A stretch of DNA of 64,000 bases from Fidelibacterota bacterium. GTDB taxonomy: Bacteria; Fidelibacterota; UBA8477; JABMPR01. Shown in pieces: positions 7,417 to 16,405 of this stretch. A program made the position numbers and the translations under genes. The stretch lies in assembly GCA_013202495.1 (NCBI GenBank), contig JABMQQ010000067.1, forward strand, positions 7,143-71,142, read 5' to 3'. The notes beneath the pieces were generated by a model that saw only the letters and a program-made list of their open reading frames with translations, was not told the DNA's origin and searched no databases. Numbering within the stretch: the first letter of the stretch is position 1; each line of letters opens with the position of its first letter.

Positions 7417-8049
7417 ATGCACTCACTTCAAATTATAAAAAAAGGCCTGGTCCCCTATGAGGAAGCCTGGGAATACCAGCGTCAGACCCATGCCAGAAGA
7501 CTGGCCGGTGAGATACCTGACACCCTGATACTGTTGGAGCATCCTCCCGTCTACACTTTTGGTAAAAATTCTGATCAATCAAACCTCATTGATGCGCGTG
7601 ATGCTCAGGTCATCAGGAGTGACCGTGGAGGGGATATTACCTGGCATGGCCCAGGTCAACTGGTGGGATATCCCATTATCAATCTGGAAGATCACAACAA
7701 AAGCGTCAGCTGGTATATGCGGAATCTGGAAGAAGTGATTATTCAAACCCTCCAGCACTATGATATCAAGGGAGAACGCATCTCTGGAATGACAGGAGTA
7801 TGGGTGGGAAATCAGAAGGTTTGTGCCATGGGAGTAAGGCTTTCCCGCTGGGTAACCATGCATGGATTTGCCTTGAATGTGAGACCGGATATGTCATATT
7901 TCAACGGCATGATCCCCTGTGGTATCAAGGGCAAGGGGGTTGTGAGCATGCAGGATTTGCTTGGTGCTGAGATTACGATTGAAGAGGTTTCTCAGCCGCT
8001 GATTCAGGCTTTCCAGTCGGTATTTGATTTTGATAAAGTTTTAGATTAA
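7417..8049 (+). CDS. lipB: octanoyltransferase (lipoyl(octanoyl) transferase)
   Basis: Motifs LEHPPVYTFG, RGGDITWHGPGQLVGYPI and KVCAMGVR. Confidence 0.9.
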   Translation: MHSLQIIKKGLVPYEEAWEYQRQTHARRLAGEIPDTLILLEHPPVYTFGKNSDQSNLIDARDAQVIRSDRGGDITWHGPGQLVGYPIINLEDHNKSVSWYMRNLEEVIIQTLQHYDIKGERISGMTGVWVGNQKVCAMGVRLSRWVTMHGFALNVRPDMSYFNGMIPCGIKGKGVVSMQDLLGAEITIEEVSQPLIQAFQSVFDFDKVLD

Positions 8050-8064
8050 TAGTGGAGTCATTGC

Positions 8065-10080
8065 GTGTCAGCAAGTCTTAAAGGATTTCAAAAAGAAGAG
8101 TTACTCAGCATTTTCAAAACCATGGCGACTTCGCGTCGTACTGATGAAAAAATGCTCACGCTTCTGAGACAGGGGAAATCTTTCTTTCATATTGGTGCCG
8201 CTGGACACGAAGGCGCCCAACTGGCCTGCGCCATGCAGATGAACTCAGGGCAGGATTGGTCCTATCCCTACTATCGCGACCAAACCATGGTCATGGGTCT
8301 GGGGATGACCACCGAAGAGCTCTTTCTGGGCTTTTTAGCAAAAGCAGATGACCCCGGTTCAGGTGGTCGTCAACTTCCACAACATTATGGGCAAAAAGAT
8401 TTGAATATTGTTTCCCAGTCCAGCCCAACCGGTACTCAGTATCTCCAGGCTGTGGGAACCGCCATGGCCGCCCAGCAGACAGATAAGCATGCTCTCGTAT
8501 ACGTGTCTTCTGGAGAGGGAACCACCAGCCAGGGTGAATTTCATGAAGCCCTTAACTGGGCTGGCCGCGAGAAGTTGCCTGTTCTTTTTCATATTGAAGA
8601 CAATGGCTTTGCAATTTCGGTTCCCAAATCTTCACAAACTGCCGAAGGCTCTGTCTATGACATGGTCGGTGGCTACGGAAACCTGAACAGATTTGAAATA
8701 GACGGAACCGACTTCTTCGAGTCCTTCGCCACCTTCAAAGAAGCTATCTCAAGTATTCGGGCTGGAAAAGGTCCAGCCATTGTGGTTTCAAATGTAGTAC
8801 GTCTTTTGCCCCACTCCTCTTCTGATGATCATCGTAAATACAGAGATGCCGATGAACTCTCTGAAGAACAAAAACGTGACCCCATTGAAAAATTCAGGTC
8901 CCAGTGTGAGCAAGACGGCATTATCAGTTCAGATGAATTCCAACAAGTCTGGGATGAGGTGCTGCAAGAGGTCGATACAGCTGCCGAAAAAGCACTCTCG
9001 GCTCCCTTTCCAGATAAATCGGATGCAGATACCCATGTCGTCGATGAATCTGTCATGGCCATCCCTCATTCAAAGCCTGTCACAACTGGAGATGAAATCG
9101 TCATCGTCGATGCTGTCAATCATGCCCTCCATGAGGAAATGAGACGGAATGAACGAATGATCATTTACGGGCAGGATGTTGCGGATGGAAAAGGTGGTGT
9201 TTTTACTGCCACCAAGGGACTCTCCACAGAGTTTGGAGACAAACGAGTATTTAATTCCCCACTGGCCGAAGCATCCATTGTAGGAACTGCCGTTGGTGCC
9301 GCTGTTGCCGGTCTGAAGCCCGTCGTTGAAATACAATTTGGTGATTATATCTGGACAGCCATGATGCAGATCAGAAATGAAGTCGCCACCATCCGCTATC
9401 GCAGCAATAATTCCTATTCATGTCCCATTGTCATTCGAACCCCGGTTGGTGGATATATTCACGGGGGTTTGTGTCATAGTCAGAGTATCGAAGGCTTCTT
9501 CATGCATCTCCCCGGTATTCACATTGTTTATCCTTCTAATGCGGCGGATGCAAAAGGGTTGCTCAAGTATGCCTGTCGTATCGATGACCCCGTGCTTTTT
9601 CTTGAGCACAAGGGCATGTATCGTCAGGGATTCGCCAAGCGACCCGAACCAGATGAAGACTATCTCCTGCCCTTTGGTCAGGCTGCTGTGGTTCGTGATG
9701 GTCGAGACCTCACCATTGTCACCTATGGTTTGATGGTATATAAAGCCATAGAGGCTGCCAAATATCTGGAAAAAAGCACAGGCGCCTCTATCGAGGTAAT
9801 TGACCTGAGGACACTCAGTCCTCTTGATAAGGTCACTATTGGACAATCCCTGCAAAAGACCAGCAAAGCGTTGGTGGTCTATGAGGATACTTTGACGGCC
9901 GGTCCCGGTGCTGAAATAGCAGCCATTATAGCAGAGGAATTCTTTGAGTATCTGGATGGGCCGGTATTGCGTGTGGCCGCCAAAGATGCACCAGTCCCCT
10001 TTAACTGGGATTTGGAAGATGAAATATTACCCCAGACGGAAGATATCCGCCAGGCTGCAGAACGGCTTTTGGAGTATTAA
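8065..10080 (+). CDS. 2-oxoacid (branched-chain type) dehydrogenase E1 component, fused alpha-beta subunits
   Basis: 671 aa. The N-terminal half is a TPP-binding alpha region (YVSSGEGTTSQGEFHEALN). The C-terminal half is transketolase-like beta (IIYGQDVADGKGGVF, SPLAEASIVG). GTG start. Confidence 0.85.
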   Translation: MSASLKGFQKEELLSIFKTMATSRRTDEKMLTLLRQGKSFFHIGAAGHEGAQLACAMQMNSGQDWSYPYYRDQTMVMGLGMTTEELFLGFLAKADDPGSGGRQLPQHYGQKDLNIVSQSSPTGTQYLQAVGTAMAAQQTDKHALVYVSSGEGTTSQGEFHEALNWAGREKLPVLFHIEDNGFAISVPKSSQTAEGSVYDMVGGYGNLNRFEIDGTDFFESFATFKEAISSIRAGKGPAIVVSNVVRLLPHSSSDDHRKYRDADELSEEQKRDPIEKFRSQCEQDGIISSDEFQQVWDEVLQEVDTAAEKALSAPFPDKSDADTHVVDESVMAIPHSKPVTTGDEIVIVDAVNHALHEEMRRNERMIIYGQDVADGKGGVFTATKGLSTEFGDKRVFNSPLAEASIVGTAVGAAVAGLKPVVEIQFGDYIWTAMMQIRNEVATIRYRSNNSYSCPIVIRTPVGGYIHGGLCHSQSIEGFFMHLPGIHIVYPSNAADAKGLLKYACRIDDPVLFLEHKGMYRQGFAKRPEPDEDYLLPFGQAAVVRDGRDLTIVTYGLMVYKAIEAAKYLEKSTGASIEVIDLRTLSPLDKVTIGQSLQKTSKALVVYEDTLTAGPGAEIAAIIAEEFFEYLDGPVLRVAAKDAPVPFNWDLEDEILPQTEDIRQAAERLLEY

Positions 10081-10114
10081 ATGAGTTTGGGTACATTGAC
10101 ATGCTCTCTACCAA

Positions 10115-10134
10115 GCGAGGATTCGAATCCTCGC
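10115..10134. repeat. 20-nt perfect palindrome GCGAGGATTCGAATCCTCGC, copy 2
   Basis: Identical to 5109-5128. It lies 50 nt upstream of the E2 start. Confidence 0.9.
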
Positions 10135-10184
10135 GTAGAAAACCGGACAGCGCGGACTCCAGAAATGGAAAATAAGGTAATTTT

Positions 10185-11486
10185 ATGATATTCGATATCG
10201 TCATGCCAAAAATGGGCGAATCTTTAACCGAGGGAACCGTTCTTGAGTGGAAAAAGAAGGTCGGCGAAAGCATAGATAAAGATGAGACCCTTCTGGAAAT
10301 TGCCACAGACAAAGTTGATGCAGAAATTCCCAGTCCTGTCTCCGGGACGCTGGTTGAGATCATCGGTGAGGTCAATCAGACCTATGATATTGATACCGTC
10401 ATTGCCAGAGTAGAAACCTCAGATTCTGTTGAGATCCCTGCCAAAGTTGCGAGTGGTAGTCAATCGCCAGAAGGGACGTTGCATGCAACATCCCGACAAT
10501 CACCCCAAAGCGCACCCCAGCGCCCAGGTACTCAAGCGCCTGTGACCTTTGATGACAATCGCGTCTATTCTCCACTGGTGAGAAGTATTGCCGCTCAGGA
10601 AGGCATAACTCCAGCTGAGTTGCAACAGATTCCAGGTAGTGGGTTTCGTGGTCGGGTATCAAAAAAAGATGTACTTTTCTATCTTGAAACTCGCGGCTCC
10701 GGTGGTAAAAAGCCAAGCCCAATAAGTGGACTGGAAGAAACGGGTCTGGCCGATAGAGTATCTCCTGAGGATGTTGAAATCATCGATATGGACAGCATGC
10801 GTAAAAGCATTGCCAAGCATATGCGCAAGAGTGTGGACACCTCAGCCCATGTTTACTCTGTCAGTGAAGCTGACATGACGAAAATCATGACCTTCATATC
10901 AGAGAACAATGAGCAGTTCAAGACCAAGCATGGCCACTCCCTCACGGTAACCCACTTTATCACCAAAGCAGTGCGAGATGCGCTGTTAAACTTTCCCATG
11001 ATCAATGCTTCCCTGGACGGAACCAGGATCATTCGACACAAACACCTGAATATTGGTATTGCAGTTGCAGTGGGGGATGGATTGGTTGTTCCCCCTGTTA
11101 GAAATGCTGAAAAGAAATCACTCAAAGAAATTTCCGATGATATTTCCAATATCGTTAGCAAGGCGCGAGTCAAGAAGCTGACCCTGGATGATCTTGAGGG
11201 AGCCACTTTCGCCATTACCAATTTTGGTGTTTTTGGCAATCTGGCAGGTTACCCCATTATCAATCAACCCAATGTGGCTATTCTGGGTGTGGGGGTCATC
11301 AAGAAAAGACCTGTTGTTGTTGAAACTAAAGCTGGCGATGAAATAGTTATTCGTCAGATGTGTGTCTTTACCCTGGGCTTTGATCATCGTCTGGTTGATG
11401 GTGCCATGGGTGGACAGTTTATTGAAGAAATTATGAAGAACCTTGAAAGCGTTGATCCTCAGAAGGAACTCGCTGGAGCACTATGA
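10185..11486 (+). CDS. dihydrolipoamide acyltransferase (E2)
   Basis: Lipoyl domain (MPKMGESLTEGTVLEWKK...EIATDKVDAEIPS), E3-binding domain (SPLVRSIAAQEGI) and catalytic DHRLVDG motif. Confidence 0.92.
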   Translation: MIFDIVMPKMGESLTEGTVLEWKKKVGESIDKDETLLEIATDKVDAEIPSPVSGTLVEIIGEVNQTYDIDTVIARVETSDSVEIPAKVASGSQSPEGTLHATSRQSPQSAPQRPGTQAPVTFDDNRVYSPLVRSIAAQEGITPAELQQIPGSGFRGRVSKKDVLFYLETRGSGGKKPSPISGLEETGLADRVSPEDVEIIDMDSMRKSIAKHMRKSVDTSAHVYSVSEADMTKIMTFISENNEQFKTKHGHSLTVTHFITKAVRDALLNFPMINASLDGTRIIRHKHLNIGIAVAVGDGLVVPPVRNAEKKSLKEISDDISNIVSKARVKKLTLDDLEGATFAITNFGVFGNLAGYPIINQPNVAILGVGVIKKRPVVVETKAGDEIVIRQMCVFTLGFDHRLVDGAMGGQFIEEIMKNLESVDPQKELAGAL

Positions 11487-11524
11487 TAAATGAATTGAAA
11501 AGAATCCTGATTACACAACGTGGG

Positions 11525-11575
11525 CTCTACTTCCCCTCAACAAGCTCGGGACAGGCTAGGCTCAGCAAGACGCAC
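11525..11575. repeat. ~47-nt interspersed repeat, copy B
   Basis: ctctacttcccctcaacaagctcgggacaggctaggctcagcaagacgcac; see 4287-4335. Confidence 0.8.
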
Positions 11576-11589
11576 ACGTTGATTTGTCT

Positions 11590-11608
11590 CCCTGAGGCTC
11601 TCGAAGGG
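11590..11608. repeat. hairpin of the stem-TCGAnnnnGCTC-stem family (inverted)
   Basis: CCCT gaggctctcga AGGG. Confidence 0.55.
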
Positions 11609-11662
11609 TGGAGAAAAAGTGATTTTGTTAATGCAAACAAGAGATTCGCTGGAGCCATTTAG

Positions 11663-12556
11663 ATGTCAAAACCTTCCAAACCAGCCTGGCTTAAAACAAA
11701 GTTACGCAGTGGACCAAACTTTCAGGACCTGAAAAACATTGTCTCAAGCCATCAGGTGCATACGGTATGTCAGGAAGCCATGTGCCCCAATATCAGCGAA
11801 TGCTGGGAGCGTCGTGCTGCCACCATCATGATTTTGGGTGACACCTGTACGCGCTCCTGTGCCTTTTGTGCTGTAAAAACGGGTCGACCATCAGCTGTTG
11901 ACCTGGATGAGCCTAGAAGGACTGCTGAGGCTGTTAAAAAGATGGGTCTGCACCATTGTGTCATTACCTCGGTTGATCGAGATGAGCTGGACGATGGCGG
12001 TGCTGGGATCTGGGCTGAAACCATCCGTCAGATTCATGCGGAAGTGCCGGGTTGTTCCATTGAAGTGCTGACACCAGATTTTCAGGGCAATCCTGAAAGC
12101 ATTAAAACGGTTCTGGATGCTAAACCTGAGATTATGAGCCACAATATGGAAACCGTGGAACGACTCCATCGTAGAATTCGCCCTCAAGCTCAGTATCAAA
12201 GATCTCTGGATGTACTGAGACAGTCCGTATCTGAAGGCTTGCAGACCAAGACTTCAATTATGGTGGGAATCGGTGAAGAGAAAGAGGAGGTCTTTGCTCT
12301 CATGGATGACGTGCGAGCCACCGGTTGTCAAATCTTTTCCCTCGGGCAATATTTACAGCCCACCAAAGACCACGAACCAGTCCATCGATATGTCCATCCC
12401 GATGAATTTGCTGAGTATAAAGAATATGGGATGAATATTGGGTTTAGCTATGTAGAGTCGGGACCGCTGGTGCGCTCCTCCTATCATGCTGATGAGCAAG
12501 CTTTGCATAACCAGATTTTAAATCCTCCTGGAAAACGAGAACTTATCCCGGGATAG
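11663..12556 (+). CDS. lipA: lipoyl synthase
   Basis: CPNISECW and CTRSCAFCAV radical-SAM cysteine clusters, plus SSYHAD near the C-terminus. Confidence 0.95.
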   Translation: MSKPSKPAWLKTKLRSGPNFQDLKNIVSSHQVHTVCQEAMCPNISECWERRAATIMILGDTCTRSCAFCAVKTGRPSAVDLDEPRRTAEAVKKMGLHHCVITSVDRDELDDGGAGIWAETIRQIHAEVPGCSIEVLTPDFQGNPESIKTVLDAKPEIMSHNMETVERLHRRIRPQAQYQRSLDVLRQSVSEGLQTKTSIMVGIGEEKEEVFALMDDVRATGCQIFSLGQYLQPTKDHEPVHRYVHPDEFAEYKEYGMNIGFSYVESGPLVRSSYHADEQALHNQILNPPGKRELIPG

Positions 12557-12991
12557 ATGGAGACGGTGGTCAAATATCGTGAAATGATTCCTGGAGATCA
12601 CCAGGCGCTTCATAAAATATGGAAAAATACTGCTGGCTTGACTATCCGAAAGGCAGACTCTCCTGAGGGTTTTACTGCGTTCTTGAAGCGAAATCCCGGA
12701 TTTAGTTTTGTGGTTGAATCCCAGGGCCGGATACTGGGTGGGATATTGGGTGGTCATGATGGCCGCTTTGGTTCCATCCATCATTTAGTCGTCTTGCCTG
12801 AGTTCCGTAATCAGGGAATTGGTAAAAAACTCGTTTCACTAAGCCTGGAAAAAATTAAATCCGCTGGAATAGAGAAGTGCCACATCTTCATTAATAAAGA
12901 CAACCGAGCTGGCGTCAATTTTTGGAAAAATCTCGATTGGGTTGAGCGTGTCGAACTCACCATGGCATCCTATATCTTTGACACCAATTAA
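12557..12991 (+). CDS. GNAT family N-acetyltransferase
   Basis: HLVVLPEFRNQGIGKKL acetyl-CoA binding motif. The start abuts the lipA stop (TAGATG). Confidence 0.75.
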   Translation: METVVKYREMIPGDHQALHKIWKNTAGLTIRKADSPEGFTAFLKRNPGFSFVVESQGRILGGILGGHDGRFGSIHHLVVLPEFRNQGIGKKLVSLSLEKIKSAGIEKCHIFINKDNRAGVNFWKNLDWVERVELTMASYIFDTN

Positions 12992-13023
12992 CTATATGCC
13001 TTTCGAGGGTATTGAACCTTAGT

Positions 13024-13061
13024 AACTCACAAACTCAACAACTCAACAATTCAACAACTAG
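13024..13061. repeat. five 8-bp tandem units AACTCAAC-like
   Basis: AACTCA at 13024, 13032 and 13040; AATTCA at 13048; AACTAG at 13056. Spacing is exactly 8 bp. Confidence 0.75.
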
Positions 13062-13165
13062 CCTGGAAATGTTTTACCGTTGTAAATAATGATTTATGCA
13101 AGTAAACTGAACCCGCTTTACGATACCCTTTAGACAACAACAGTAAAAAAACAGGATGGTATTAT

Positions 13166-14581
13166 ATGAATTTTCCATGGAATATGTTTCTGGATCTTGG
13201 TGTCATTTCAATGGCTTTGCTATTGGCAACCTTTCTCAGGGCACGTATTAATTTCTTTCAAAAATATCTCATCCCCAACGCCCTGACAGCCGGATTCATA
13301 CTCCTCCCCTTTTACAATTTTCTGGCCCCTTTTGTAGGCATGTCAGAAATCGGTCTGGGGGCTATTGTCTATCATCTTTTGAGCATTTCATTTATCTCCA
13401 TGAGTCTTCGTAAACCTGCTTATACCAAGCGCAAGGGAGACAAAAGTGTCTTTGGTACTTCTATTTCCATTATTTCACAGTATTCCCTCCAATCTCTGGT
13501 TGGGTTACTGATGACATTCTTCTTTATGAGTACAGTCATGAAGGAACTTTACCCTGCCTTTGGATTTTTCATGCCCCTGGGATTTGCATTAGGACCAGGC
13601 CAGGCTTATGCCATTGGTGAAGGTTGGGTCAGCATGGGTTTTGAGGGTGCGCCAGATGTAGGTCTCACCTTTGCAGCGGTGGGTTATATGTGGGCTTGTT
13701 TTGGTGGTGTCATTTTGATCAACATGGGTATCAAGCGCGGTTGGCTTGGCAAAGCCCAGGTTGAAAAAATCAGAGAAAAACGCTTTCGTTCTGGTGTCAT
13801 GGGCCGCGATGAAGAATTGCAGGTCGGATCCAAACTGACCACAGAATCTGAAGCTATTGATTCCGCCAGCTACAATATGGCCATCGTGCTCATGGTCTAC
13901 CTCTTCAGTTTTTTGATGCTCAAGGGCATGGGTGGACTGCTTTCATTTGCTGGAAACCTGGGCAACGATCTGGCAGTAAATCTCTGGGGAATCAGTTTTG
14001 TTTTTGCGGCCATGGTGGCTCTCATCGTGAAAACCATCATGATTAAGCTCAAGCTTGAGCACACCCTGGATAATGGTGCCCTCACGCGCATCGCAGGTAA
14101 CAGCGTTGATATCATGGTGGCTGCTGCAGTAGGCGCCATTTCGCTGACCGTTGTGGTCCAATACTGGTTACCGATTCTGGTCATCTCAGTAATGGGTGGA
14201 TTTGTCACCTTTATCACCGTTATCTGGATTAGCTCACGAGTTTTCGAGGACTATCAGTTCCATCGAGCCCTGATTATTTATGGCGCTTGTACGGGTACCA
14301 TGCCCACGGGTCTGGCGCTTTTAAGGGTGGTTGATCCTGATTTTGAAACCCCTGTAGCCACAGACTATATGTATTCAGCAGCCGTCACCTTTTTTCTGGT
14401 GATCCCCTTTATACTATCCATCAACCTTCCTGCTTATAGCATCACCAAGGCCAATCCGCTCTACTTCTGGGCAGCAATTGGCGTTGCGCTTGCCTATGGA
14501 CTATTTTCACTGATTTCTCAACGAATCCTTGGTGGCAAACGGGCGTTTGCAAAATTTACAACACTCTGGTACGAGAAATAA
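13166..14581 (+). CDS. sodium/glutamate symporter family protein (GltS-like)
   Basis: 471-aa polytopic membrane protein. The N-terminus LLLATFLRARINFFQKYLIPNALTAGF and the C-terminal GACTGTMPTGLALLRVVDP resemble GltS. Confidence 0.5.
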   Translation: MNFPWNMFLDLGVISMALLLATFLRARINFFQKYLIPNALTAGFILLPFYNFLAPFVGMSEIGLGAIVYHLLSISFISMSLRKPAYTKRKGDKSVFGTSISIISQYSLQSLVGLLMTFFFMSTVMKELYPAFGFFMPLGFALGPGQAYAIGEGWVSMGFEGAPDVGLTFAAVGYMWACFGGVILINMGIKRGWLGKAQVEKIREKRFRSGVMGRDEELQVGSKLTTESEAIDSASYNMAIVLMVYLFSFLMLKGMGGLLSFAGNLGNDLAVNLWGISFVFAAMVALIVKTIMIKLKLEHTLDNGALTRIAGNSVDIMVAAAVGAISLTVVVQYWLPILVISVMGGFVTFITVIWISSRVFEDYQFHRALIIYGACTGTMPTGLALLRVVDPDFETPVATDYMYSAAVTFFLVIPFILSINLPAYSITKANPLYFWAAIGVALAYGLFSLISQRILGGKRAFAKFTTLWYEK

Positions 14582-14584
14582 AAA

Positions 14585-15214
14585 TCAGGGGCGCCACCAC
14601 TCGTCAACAGGACCCGTAAAGCCAAAACCCAGCGAATAGAATATATTGCCTGGGTCAGCCTCATCCCGGTGCAGACCGAAGAGTGGTGAAAAAATATAAT
14701 CATTTTCTTTCATGGGGAAATGATGGCCCAGCAACAGATCTTGAGTTATTAAAATGCGGGCGCTGGAACGGATATTGTTATACTGCAACACACCGAAAAG
14801 CTTCCCATTCCCTACAATGAGAGCGGGGTGATAGCCCACAGAAGCCAGAATATCAATATTAGTCCAGTACGATATTCCAAAGTCCACGGCCACCATGAGG
14901 GGTTCTTGAACAATTTGCCATTTTACATCTGATAAAATGGCACCACTGCTCCAGGGTCGTCCAGTAAACTTGATGCCGATTTCTGTGTTATGTGGAAAAC
15001 CTCTGCGAAAAAGCAAACTGCCATCTGCTACGAAGGCCTTTTCGTTGCCTGAACTGGAGTCCTGTAGGGAGGCAATATTGGTCATCCAACTCAACCCTAC
15101 TCCCATGGTTTCCGTTCCAAGAGGCAGAACTTCAGGTCCCTGGAAGGTTCCAAGTGGATAACATGACATGAGTAAGAAAACTGACAACGACAGAATTAGT
15201 GATTTTTTAAACAT
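14585..15214 (-). CDS. hypothetical lipoprotein / outer-membrane protein
   Basis: Signal peptide with lipobox LMSC. Beta-rich composition with an aromatic C-terminal region. Confidence 0.55.
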   Translation of the reverse strand: MFKKSLILSLSVFLLMSCYPLGTFQGPEVLPLGTETMGVGLSWMTNIASLQDSSSGNEKAFVADGSLLFRRGFPHNTEIGIKFTGRPWSSGAILSDVKWQIVQEPLMVAVDFGISYWTNIDILASVGYHPALIVGNGKLFGVLQYNNIRSSARILITQDLLLGHHFPMKENDYIFSPLFGLHRDEADPGNIFYSLGFGFTGPVDEWWRP

Positions 15215-15316
15215 TTTGTCCCCGAATTAGATGGATAAAGTTATTTTTTGCATGATTCAGTTGAAATGGTAAACTTTGAAAAAATATTGAATTATCGAAC
15301 AAGATAAGGACTGATT

Positions 15317-16351
15317 ATGATCGGTATCCAATTTACAAAGCATGGCTCCAGCGAGGTCTTAGATATTTCAACTATGGAAAAACCGAATCCTGATGATGAT
15401 CAGGTTCTGGTTGAAATCAAGGCTGCCAGCCTTAATCATCTTGATCTCTGGTTGCGACGAGGATTGCCGGGATTGAGCATCCCCCTACCCCATATCCCCG
15501 GGAGTGACGCCTCTGGCGTGATTGCCGAAGTGGGCTCCGAGGTGAAGGATTGGAATATTGGTGATGAAGTGGTTATTCAGCCCGGTACCTTTTGCGGAGC
15601 ATGTGAACAGTGTCAGGCTGGTCGAGAAGACTTGTGTGCCTCCTATGGCATACTGGGTGAAACCCAAGGCGGGGCTCAGCGACAATACATGTGTCTATCT
15701 CCGGTGAATATTGGCCCCAAACCAAAGAATCTAAGTTTTGTTGAAGCAGCCGCTCTATCCCTGGCTTCTCTCACTGCGTGGAATATGTTGAAAAACAGAG
15801 CCCAGCTGCGCTCTGGAGAAACACTCCTGGTTCTGGGCGCCGGCTCAGGCGTGGGCAGTATGGCTGTTCAAATGGGTCGCTATATGGGCGCTCGAGTGAT
15901 TGCCACTGGGGGATCAGAGGAGAAGCAGAAACTGGCGTTCTCCCTGGGAGCTGATGAAGTCTTGAATCATCGACAGGAAGGTTTTTCTAAACAGGTCAAG
16001 GCGTTGACAAATGGTCGAGGTGCAGATGTGGTGTTTGAACATACCGGTGCAAGCACCTGGGCGGATTCGATGAAATCTCTGGCTGTGGGTGGTCGAATTG
16101 TGACCTGTGGAGCGACCACTGGCGTCAAAGGAGAGGTAAACCTCAGACATTTATTTTACAAGCGTCAAACGATTATGGGGTCCACCATGGGCTCGGTTTC
16201 TGACTTTCACGAGTGTCTTCATCTTGCTGAGCAGAAGGCGTTGATTCCCGTTATTGACAAGGTCTTTCCTTTTCAGAATATCCGAGGTGCGCATGATCAC
16301 CTTGAATTTGAACATGCCTTTGGGAAGGTGGTTCTGGAAGGCTGGGATTAA
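15317..16351 (+). CDS. zinc-type alcohol dehydrogenase / quinone oxidoreductase family (MDR)
   Basis: PHIPGSDASGVIAEVG, GDEV and LVLGAGSGVGSMAVQ Rossmann motif. Confidence 0.85.
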   Translation: MIGIQFTKHGSSEVLDISTMEKPNPDDDQVLVEIKAASLNHLDLWLRRGLPGLSIPLPHIPGSDASGVIAEVGSEVKDWNIGDEVVIQPGTFCGACEQCQAGREDLCASYGILGETQGGAQRQYMCLSPVNIGPKPKNLSFVEAAALSLASLTAWNMLKNRAQLRSGETLLVLGAGSGVGSMAVQMGRYMGARVIATGGSEEKQKLAFSLGADEVLNHRQEGFSKQVKALTNGRGADVVFEHTGASTWADSMKSLAVGGRIVTCGATTGVKGEVNLRHLFYKRQTIMGSTMGSVSDFHECLHLAEQKALIPVIDKVFPFQNIRGAHDHLEFEHAFGKVVLEGWD

Positions 16352-16405
16352 AAGTGCTAGGTCCAATCCTATTATAGCTTGATCAGGTCAATATCATGAG
16401 TGTGC

